A stretch of DNA of 64,000 bases from an uncultured virus (IMG/VR IMGVR_UViG_3300030098_002040) (lineage: Duplodnaviria; Heunggongvirae; Uroviricota; Caudoviricetes): the IMG/VR virus record IMGVR_UViG_3300030098_002040, positions 1-64,000 of that record; one strand, 5' to 3'. Under the pieces are notes generated by a model. The model was not told where the DNA came from. It did no database searches and saw only the letters and a program-made list of their open reading frames with translations. Of this stretch, positions 56,737 through 64,000 are shown piece after piece (within the stretch, counting starts at the first letter, position 1; each line of letters starts with the position of its first letter). A program made the position numbers and the translations under genes.

Positions 56737-57495
56737 TTATTCTCCCTTTACCCAATTATGTGGTTTCCATAAATTAATACTATTATCTTTCTTGTTATAT
56801 TCACCATCCCGAAGGATACGAACACACCAAGCCATAGACATAGCAAACTGACCTGTAGTCATGTCACCATAATCCTCCGCTGGATTAGGTCGTGTTTCAT
56901 TATCATATAAATTAAAGATATTCGACACCCATTCACCCTTAGCCCAATCATTCAGATACTTTTCTGCCTTCTTAGGACCAACTCTCCAAAGTCCGGGAAT
57001 GCCGTCTGTAGAATCTCCTGTCATCCATTGTTTAAAAAAGAATCTATCAGCCTCTTCTTCTTCTATGAATACAGGCTCCTCTTCTTTATCAGGGTTCCAA
57101 TGCCAACCCGGCACACCTCGTAGATCTTTATCTATAGTAACTGCAATAGCTGACCCGTTGCTTGCAGCCAATCCCATAAGATCATCTGCTTCTAATTTAT
57201 TTACAGCTTTACAGTCCGCATTATCATATAATATCTCTACAGAGTAGCCTAAACAATCTGGTTGTGCAGACCCATCTCTATGTGCCTTGTAACGTGACCA
57301 ATGCTCACGCCTAAAGTTTTCACTCCTTGGACAAGAAAAAGCAACGATAATTTTCTTCACACCATGAGGTGTCCATCGTTTAATATCAAGGCTTAGTCTA
57401 TCCTCTAATGCATCTATGCCCTCAATATCTGCCCAGAATGAAGCTTTATATGCTAATATATCTCCATCTAATACAGCTATCTTAGGCTTCTTCAT
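56737..57495 (-). CDS. 5'-3' exonuclease (T7 gp6-like)
   Basis: LDGDILAY, YKAHR, LEADDLMG, IDKDL, GDSTDGIPGLWRVGPKKA. Confidence 0.93.
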   Translation of the reverse strand: MKKPKIAVLDGDILAYKASFWADIEGIDALEDRLSLDIKRWTPHGVKKIIVAFSCPRSENFRREHWSRYKAHRDGSAQPDCLGYSVEILYDNADCKAVNKLEADDLMGLAASNGSAIAVTIDKDLRGVPGWHWNPDKEEEPVFIEEEEADRFFFKQWMTGDSTDGIPGLWRVGPKKAEKYLNDWAKGEWVSNIFNLYDNETRPNPAEDYGDMTTGQFAMSMAWCVRILRDGEYNKKDNSINLWKPHNWVKGE

Positions 57496-58207
57496 CTATA
57501 TCTCCAAATAATCTATCAATTAAATCATCAATAACAGACTCAATATCAGGTATACGTTGTTCTCTTCTAGCTTTACATAGCTCACAAGAGCATTTACTTT
57601 CTGTTTGACATTCTAAACCTAACCAAAATTTTATCCTCCTGATAACCATTTGTCGCAAGTTCTCTTCGGTAGTTTCGTTAATAAGAGTAGTAGTAAATAA
57701 GTCCTGATAGTCAGCCCTACCCATGTCTTTTGATACCGACAGCAATTCAGACTCATGCGTTCTCCATTCTGCGTCTGCATTTTCCATCGTTCTAGATCCC
57801 GCAGTAACAAATATTTGTATCGCCTTGAGTTTCTTACCTTTGGATAGTTCGTTAAGATATCGGCAATCATCCACAATGACAAGTCTCTCCCAATACTTTT
57901 TCCCTTCATTTAAATCATCCATTTCTTCTGATTGAATCTGTTGTAATTTTTTATACCATTGATTAACCCAATAGTCTGGGTTATCATCTCGCATAATCTT
58001 GCCTAAATGTTGGCAATAATCTCTATACTCTTCCGAGTTTTTATCTTTACATAATCCTTTTTCTTTCGCTGAATCCTTAATAGGACCTGCAAAGGGAAGA
58101 AGTATAGGCTTGTATCCTAATTTAAATCCTTCTTCTGCAATAAACTTAGCAGTTGTTGTTTTACCAACTCTTGCTTGTCCACTTATAGTAATGATTTGCA
58201 TTTCCAT
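57482..58207 (-). CDS. Deoxynucleoside monophosphate kinase-like P-loop protein
   Basis: ISGQARVGKTT, FAGPIK, QHLG..MR, VDDCRYLNE, HESE. Confidence 0.8.
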   Translation of the reverse strand: MEMQIITISGQARVGKTTTAKFIAEEGFKLGYKPILLPFAGPIKDSAKEKGLCKDKNSEEYRDYCQHLGKIMRDDNPDYWVNQWYKKLQQIQSEEMDDLNEGKKYWERLVIVDDCRYLNELSKGKKLKAIQIFVTAGSRTMENADAEWRTHESELLSVSKDMGRADYQDLFTTTLINETTEENLRQMVIRRIKFWLGLECQTESKCSCELCKARREQRIPDIESVIDDLIDRLFGDIDEEA

Positions 58208-58698
58208 TCCTCCATAACACTTTTTGATGAAACACAATTTGTAACAAGTGTTTTCCATAAACTGACAGGGCTATAATTTTTTGCAATATTATAAGCTTCA
58301 TGCTTGCGATAATAATTAAGCCAAGATATAACAGGTACAGTACAAGCATCGGGCGGGTATTGTTTAAAAAATATTCTTGTCAAAAAATACTTAGTCATTT
58401 TATAAGGGTTCATATTAAAATTATTTAAATCATTAAAAAATAAAGAGTGTGGGATAACATCTGCAAAATATAATACATCTACTGGCTCTACTATTTTTAA
58501 TAAAGTATTTAACGGAATCCATTTGCTTTTTCTTTTTATATCAGAATGTAAAGCAAATAAATGTTCATAGTTTTCTCTTCCCTTTTCCCTAACAACTAAA
58601 GCAACATGATTAATTCGAGAGCCAGTTAATACATTAACTAACCAACCCCAAAATGTTTTCTTTTTAAATTGTCCAAATAAAACATATACTTCTATCAA
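58183..58698 (-). CDS. Possible permuted papain-like (NlpC/P60, YiiX-type) protein
   Basis: LTGSRINHVALV (His) upstream of DACT (Cys), then YSPVSL. Confidence 0.45.
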   Translation of the reverse strand: MIEVYVLFGQFKKKTFWGWLVNVLTGSRINHVALVVREKGRENYEHLFALHSDIKRKSKWIPLNTLLKIVEPVDVLYFADVIPHSLFFNDLNNFNMNPYKMTKYFLTRIFFKQYPPDACTVPVISWLNYYRKHEAYNIAKNYSPVSLWKTLVTNCVSSKSVMEEWKCKSLL

Positions 58699-60380
58699 TG
58701 TGTTTCACTCCAATCTTTTCCAACTCTAAACTCACCGTCTAGTTGCATACACTTAAGTTTTTCTCCAGCTTCTTGAATAGAATCTACTGCCATCTGACCA
58801 ACAGTATCTGCAATACTAGGCTCGCATTCTAACTGCCACTCATCATGAACTGTAGCCATAAATCTAGCATTAAGTTTTGCAATTTTCCTATTCAATAAAA
58901 CTTGAGCAAGTTTCATAACAATAGCACCATCTCCTTGCAATTGAACATTCAAAGCACTATGCTCTGACCGACAAGGAACTTCTCTACCGTCTAATAAAGT
59001 AACTGTTCCCTTTTTAGATACTTGATACTTAACATCATCAATCACTTTCTTAATAGCTGGTAATTTACTAAAGTAAGACTCCTTTAGTTTCTTGCCCATG
59101 TGTGCTGATTGATTTATTATCTTACCAATTTTAGCATCTCCAGCTCCATAAATCAAGCCATAAAAGAAAGTTTTACTAAGATCTCTGCTAGGTAAACCCG
59201 CAGCTTTTTGATTCACAGTATGAATATCATCCGTTAAAATAACATTAGCATATGAACCATTGTCGTACTGCATCATTCTAGTAGCTAACATTCTAGCTTC
59301 AAGTCCAGAGGCATCAGCCCCTACCATAACCCATTCATCTTTAGGGATAAATAAACTTCTTGCACGTTTATCGCCACTAACTTGTTGAAGATTAGGCTGG
59401 CTTGCGGTCATCCGACCTGTTACTGTACCTTGAGGATTAATAGAACCATGTATTCTACCATCTCTACTATTCTCTGCTCGCTTTATCCAATCAGATACTT
59501 GTCCCATAAGTTTTGTAATATTAAAATAATCTATTAACATTTTAACTTCAGGAAACTTTAATCTCTTTAGTACTTCTTCATCTACCTTTGGATTACCTTT
59601 ATCTGTTTGTGGAGGAATCCAATTGTATTTATCTTGAAGACGTTCAGCTATTTGTTTTCTAGATCCGGGATTGAATACAGTAATTCTATCCTTTAATCTT
59701 TTACCAGTCTTTTCTGAATGTCTTTCTTCTACTTTAGTTGGAAAGACTTCACGAAGACTATCTTCAATAGAACATTTTTCTAATAGTAAATCAATATGCA
59801 AAGCTTCTGCTTTATCTAAAGCAAAACCAATACCATTTGATATTTGTTTAGCTATGATAGTAGTTACTTCATGTTCAAGCCATACGGATTTACTATACTT
59901 GTTAGCAAATTCTTTTTGTCTATTGTATATCTCAGCATTTACATGCACATCTTGAATGCAATAGTCTAACATTTCTTGTGAAAAGAAATCAAACCCACCA
60001 GTGTAGTTTGTTTTTTCTACACCAATGTGTCTACCCCAGCATTCCAGAGAGTTGCCACCCAATGGGTGACTTGACTTCTCTGGATACATCATCTTGCTAA
60101 CAACCAAAGTATCAAAAGTAGGAGTGTTAATTTTGCCGTAAGTCCTCTCCAGCATAGGAATATCATAAATAATAATATTATGACCAATAATAAGATCAGA
60201 TTTACGCAGAAGTTGAACGCCCAACTCGATGTTATCTTCTGTAAACGTGTATATTTTTTCTGTTTCAATGTCTTTGGCAACTAAGCACCATACTTTTGTA
60301 CCGGCTGGTGTAGCATTTCCTTTCCTATCTAATATAAGTTCGTTTAATCCATTCGCTTCTATGTCGAATACTAGTTTCAT
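58695..60380 (-). CDS. polA: Family A DNA polymerase (T7 gp5-like) with 3'-5' exonuclease
   Basis: FDIEANGL, GHNIIIYD, YCIQDV, TGRM, DASGLEAR, KTFFYGLIYGAG, VHDEWQ. Confidence 0.96.
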   Translation of the reverse strand: MKLVFDIEANGLNELILDRKGNATPAGTKVWCLVAKDIETEKIYTFTEDNIELGVQLLRKSDLIIGHNIIIYDIPMLERTYGKINTPTFDTLVVSKMMYPEKSSHPLGGNSLECWGRHIGVEKTNYTGGFDFFSQEMLDYCIQDVHVNAEIYNRQKEFANKYSKSVWLEHEVTTIIAKQISNGIGFALDKAEALHIDLLLEKCSIEDSLREVFPTKVEERHSEKTGKRLKDRITVFNPGSRKQIAERLQDKYNWIPPQTDKGNPKVDEEVLKRLKFPEVKMLIDYFNITKLMGQVSDWIKRAENSRDGRIHGSINPQGTVTGRMTASQPNLQQVSGDKRARSLFIPKDEWVMVGADASGLEARMLATRMMQYDNGSYANVILTDDIHTVNQKAAGLPSRDLSKTFFYGLIYGAGDAKIGKIINQSAHMGKKLKESYFSKLPAIKKVIDDVKYQVSKKGTVTLLDGREVPCRSEHSALNVQLQGDGAIVMKLAQVLLNRKIAKLNARFMATVHDEWQLECEPSIADTVGQMAVDSIQEAGEKLKCMQLDGEFRVGKDWSETH

Positions 60381-60409
60381 ACTTTACTCCTTCGTCCTGA
60401 TTTTGAGGA

Positions 60410-62137
60410 CTACTCATTTGAAGGCTCCAGTAACAATTGACCTGTGTCATCTAGAGCAAAATTTATTTCTTGCAATCTACCTGTAGCTCTGTTGTAATAC
60501 AATGCCGAAGCAACGCCAGCTCTACCAGTTAGTCTATTCTTTAGAACCCTAACCGTTGTAGTATTTGCGATCCTTTCGTCAGAATTTTGTCGATCACGTT
60601 CAAGAGCAACAACGACATTAGGAACGGAAGCAAGACTACCAGAACCACGCAGGTCTTGAAGAGTAATCCGGTCGCCTTCTTCGTATGCTTTAGTTGTTTT
60701 CTTAAGTTGTGAAACCACATCTATTCTTACTCCTGTTCTTGAGACAAGACTTCTCATCTCTTTCATTAAGTTATCAATGACCATTCTTTCAGAGTCATAG
60801 TTATCATCTGAAGTTGCAAGTCCTACCGCAGCAGCAGTAATATGATCTAATATAATAACTTCAACACCTAGAGAAACAGCCATGTATTCCATTCTTGCAA
60901 AGAGATTACTTAATCCACTATGACCAAGGTGATCATAGATATATAACTTAGTATCATTAAGTTTTTCTTTTGCATCATTGTACATCTCTTCTGTAAACTC
61001 GTCAACTATCTGCATATCAATAGGTTCTTTTCCTAGTTTGATCCGCAGATCATTCATAGTTTTAGCAGCCTTTAATGCTCTAACAGGTTTGTTTATCATA
61101 ATAGATATCATATCATCTAGTGTTTCTTGCGGTGCTTCTTCCAACATAATTGCACCAACGCTACGACTCTCTTCCAGATGGTGCATAACCAACTCTTTGA
61201 GTATTGTTGTCTTACCAGATCCTGTGCCTGAACACCATAGAGTAATCTCACCTGATCGTTGACCGACAAGGAACTCAGTAAGCGTATCAAATGGGAATCC
61301 ATATACTTTTTGCTCCACTCCCTCGGATTTACTTTTAATATCTTTAACATGTAGAATTTCATCAGGTGCATATACTTGTGCTTGCCAAACAGAATTGATG
61401 ACATCCTTGCCAGCTTTATTCATTAGGCATTCATTCGCATCCTTATAAGGTAAAGATGTAATATAACATTTACCCGGAGGCAGTACCTCTGCAACTCTAG
61501 CCATTGCTGCACGACCTGCTTCATCTTGATCAAAGCATAGTACAATTTCTTCATAGCTTGTTATAAATTCTAAGTTTTGTTTAACTGATTTAATGGCAGA
61601 TGCTGCACCATTTGGAAGACTAACCACGGGCCATTTGGATTGCAATAGCATATTAACAGACATACAATCAATTTCACCCTCAGTAATAATAATCCTTTTG
61701 TTTTTCTTGCCAGCACCTGACCAAAGATTTTGTCCCCATAAGGGAAGATTACTTGTATCGCCACGCCATACAAACTTTTTATCTGGAGTTCTAATATGCT
61801 GAGCAATAAGTTTACCATCTCGATAGTAGTTAGCAATGTCACAGAACTGCCCATTAATTTTAGCAGTTTGATAATTGTAAAGCTTTGTAGTTTTTTCATC
61901 AATAAGTCTATTTGGTTTTGATATACACTCACCATTGATTGGTGAAAAATTTATACTAGACGGAACCTTGGTTTCGTATTGCACATTATCTCCTTTTTGA
62001 AAATACTCACAGGCAAAACAATACCCATGACCATCGGAGTATCTTACTAGATTATCTCCGGAACTATCATTGCCTTGTTGTCTACATGAGGGACAAGGCT
62101 CCCTATGAATTGCTTGACTTTCTTCTTGCATTCTCAC
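60410..62137 (-). CDS. Primase-helicase (T7 gp4-like)
   Basis: Zn finger CPSC...YCFAC, TOPRIM EGEIDC and FDQDEAG, Walker A GTGSGKT, ILDHI, DLRGSGS, KNRLTG. Confidence 0.96.
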   Translation of the reverse strand: MRMQEESQAIHREPCPSCRQQGNDSSGDNLVRYSDGHGYCFACEYFQKGDNVQYETKVPSSINFSPINGECISKPNRLIDEKTTKLYNYQTAKINGQFCDIANYYRDGKLIAQHIRTPDKKFVWRGDTSNLPLWGQNLWSGAGKKNKRIIITEGEIDCMSVNMLLQSKWPVVSLPNGAASAIKSVKQNLEFITSYEEIVLCFDQDEAGRAAMARVAEVLPPGKCYITSLPYKDANECLMNKAGKDVINSVWQAQVYAPDEILHVKDIKSKSEGVEQKVYGFPFDTLTEFLVGQRSGEITLWCSGTGSGKTTILKELVMHHLEESRSVGAIMLEEAPQETLDDMISIMINKPVRALKAAKTMNDLRIKLGKEPIDMQIVDEFTEEMYNDAKEKLNDTKLYIYDHLGHSGLSNLFARMEYMAVSLGVEVIILDHITAAAVGLATSDDNYDSERMVIDNLMKEMRSLVSRTGVRIDVVSQLKKTTKAYEEGDRITLQDLRGSGSLASVPNVVVALERDRQNSDERIANTTTVRVLKNRLTGRAGVASALYYNRATGRLQEINFALDDTGQLLLEPSNE

Positions 62138-62444
62138 GCCTTTTAAACTCCTTTTCAGTTATCTTTCCAAACGCTAAATCATGTCTGTCTCTATACTCTT
62201 CATCAGTTACATATTGTTTTCTTCTTCCGTCACCTTTTCCATTTGCTTCTGCTCCTTTTTCTATATGGGGCATCCATGTTTTTTTATTCTTCTGTTTTGA
62301 AGGAGTCATAAACATGTCGTTCTTTACTTGTCCATTTTCTTTTTCCCATTGTTTAACTCCTCCTACCTTCTCTCTTCTTTTCATTATGTCTTCAACTTTT
62401 TTTTCTCTGCTCCATCCATTAGCATTTGATCTTATATTACCCAT
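62103..62444 (-). CDS. Basic hypothetical protein
   Basis: ORF track; start MGNIR after AAGGAG. Confidence 0.6.
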   Translation of the reverse strand: MGNIRSNANGWSREKKVEDIMKRREKVGGVKQWEKENGQVKNDMFMTPSKQKNKKTWMPHIEKGAEANGKGDGRRKQYVTDEEYRDRHDLAFGKITEKEFKRRENARRKSSNS

Positions 62445-62785
62445 TATATAATATTCTCCTTCCAAAGATCATCGGTTAACTCGGCTTGCAATCCCCAAGC
62501 TTCGTCTTCACCATCTCCAGTCCACTCATTAGTTTCATATTGTTTAACATGAATAAGTTCATGAACCAGTGTCATAACAAAATTTCTTATGGTTTGATCA
62601 CCATGTAATTCAATATAATAATTATATTCATTAACTTTTTCACAAGTACCATAACAATCATTCATAGGTTTAATACGAACAGTTACACTTAAAAGATAAC
62701 TAAGTTTCATTCTGTACTTAAACCAATCAATTACATCCGTTACAATTTTTCTTTGGTGTTTGTATCCACCTTTAACTGCAATCAT
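62444..62785 (-). CDS. Small zincin-like metallopeptidase (HExxH)
   Basis: TLVHELIHVKQY...EDEAW. Start moved to MIAVK so that it does not overlap the tRNA. Confidence 0.75.
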   Translation of the reverse strand: MIAVKGGYKHQRKIVTDVIDWFKYRMKLSYLLSVTVRIKPMNDCYGTCEKVNEYNYYIELHGDQTIRNFVMTLVHELIHVKQYETNEWTGDGEDEAWGLQAELTDDLWKENII

Positions 62786-62800
62786 GTTTTCCCCCATGAA

Positions 62801-62873
<73 letters not shown>

Positions 62874-62879
62874 ACTACG

Positions 62880-63254
62880 CTATATAGGGCGTATGCCTAA
62901 AGTGAAGTAACCTTCTTCTCCCTTCGGAGCCCACTCTTTAACAGCGTGAACAGAGCGAACTATATTATCATCTACCCATAATTTATCATTGAGTAGATCA
63001 AAAATTGCTTTGATAAAATTATCTATGTCGCCCTTTGGACATTCTAGTTTTGTTGATTTAGGTTGTCGTACATAACATTCTAAGTCAACAGCAATGGGCT
63101 GATCAATTAAATCAAAGTCAGCACCTAACACTTCGTAGACTACCTTTGACCCTTCCTCTCTAAACTTTTTATAAGGACCAGTAAAGTAAGCCCCGAACTT
63201 AGATATTCGGGGTCTACTTGCAGCAACTGGGCTTATTGGAAAGGTGTATTCCAC
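62880..63254 (-). CDS. rusA: RusA-like Holliday junction resolvase
   Basis: PVAASRPR and KGDIDNFIKAIFD...WVDDNIV. Confidence 0.85.
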   Translation of the reverse strand: MEYTFPISPVAASRPRISKFGAYFTGPYKKFREEGSKVVYEVLGADFDLIDQPIAVDLECYVRQPKSTKLECPKGDIDNFIKAIFDLLNDKLWVDDNIVRSVHAVKEWAPKGEEGYFTLGIRPI

Positions 63255-63259
63255 TTCTT

Positions 63260-63781
63260 TTAGAATGGGATATTGTCATCCGTTACTTCAGGAACTTCTT
63301 GCTGTTCCACTACAGGTGCTTTGTAATCGGAACCATCGAAGCCATCAGTAGCGGTGAACCCACCAGAGTTAGCTTTCTCGTTCTTCTCAATGATTTGACA
63401 ACCATTTAAAAAGAAACTTAGTGAGTTGTCCCTTGATATTACCATCGGGGATAGACGAAGACGAACTTTGTCTCCACCAAAAGGAACAGCATCGGTATCA
63501 TTTGTTGATGCATCCTTACAAGGGAACGTGTTTGTTCCATCCTTAGTATAAATAGTAGACTTTACTTTAATAGTTGTTACACCATCAGCTTCTCGCATAC
63601 CATTAATCTTCTTAGCACCTGAATCTTTTAAAGTTTTATCAAGTGTTGTTTGAAGATCTTCATTAACAACCACAGTAATGTTGTGATTGCCCGGACTTCC
63701 AAACTTATCATCTGGTTTGTGTAAGTGTGACCACTGTACATCAAGTGTGTTAGTATAAATAGGTGACATTTTAGTCATCAT
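63260..63781 (-). CDS. Single-stranded DNA-binding protein (T7 gp2.5-like)
   Basis: WSHLHKPDDKF, PFGGDKVRL, LNGCQIIE, acidic tail ending DDNIPF. Confidence 0.8.
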   Translation of the reverse strand: MMTKMSPIYTNTLDVQWSHLHKPDDKFGSPGNHNITVVVNEDLQTTLDKTLKDSGAKKINGMREADGVTTIKVKSTIYTKDGTNTFPCKDASTNDTDAVPFGGDKVRLRLSPMVISRDNSLSFFLNGCQIIEKNEKANSGGFTATDGFDGSDYKAPVVEQQEVPEVTDDNIPF

Positions 63782-64000
63782 TTTTTTCTCCTTCATTGTT
63801 TTCTTTATTCATTTCACTAGTGTGATTAAATGCTTGGTGATTCAAACGACTAATAGTCTGTTGAATCCCTGATTGAATGTGTGACATAGCACCGGCTACA
63901 TCATTAAGATATCGAACTACGTTCTCAACTTCAACTGCTGGCTTTTCTGCCTGTGCTTCAGCATCAGCTTTGATCTTAGCTTCCATTTCATCTCGATACT
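63771..64000 (-). CDS. Hypothetical protein (5' end may lie outside the window)
   Basis: ORF 63771..63986; the frame stays open to the window edge. Confidence 0.5.
   Translation of the reverse strand, partial: YRDEMEAKIKADAEAQAEKPAVEVENVVRYLNDVAGAMSHIQSGIQQTISRLNHQAFNHTSEMNKENNEGEKNDD

Noticed and set aside
57962..57975. Partial TTGGGTTA matches here and at ~16056-16066 and ~55043-55054
   Set aside because: Inside CDSs at Trp-Val codons and lacking the downstream GGG.

Overview
Most of the genome of an AT-rich, T7-like (Autographiviridae-type) podophage. Essentially all genes are on the minus strand. Read in that direction (64000 to 1), the order is as follows. Replication module: gp2.5-like SSB, RusA-like resolvase, tRNA-Arg(TCT), gp4-like primase-helicase, family A DNA polymerase, dNMP kinase, gp6-like exonuclease, class II RNR. 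Head module: portal, scaffold, capsid. Then hugely expanded gp11- and gp12-like tail proteins, terminase subunits, internal virion proteins, a LysM-lysozyme and a 5199-aa polyvalent virion protein. After a probable genome-end region (~10040-10410) comes a GC-richer early block, then small acidic ORFs, DUF932 and a canonical T7-like RNA polymerase. The main result is that the window encodes three single-subunit RNA polymerase folds: a canonical 814-aa enzyme, a compact ~599-aa enzyme, and an N4-vRNAP-like domain inside the giant protein. That giant protein also carries a DEDDy exonuclease and a zincin motif. Three candidate classes of cis-signal accompany them: a dense array of C-GAA-G DNA mini-hairpins on the template strand (~7490-7660), a repeated TTGGGTWAWGGG promoter-like motif, and a perfect sigma70 promoter. 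All calls come from reading motifs by eye. No database searches or folding computations were run.
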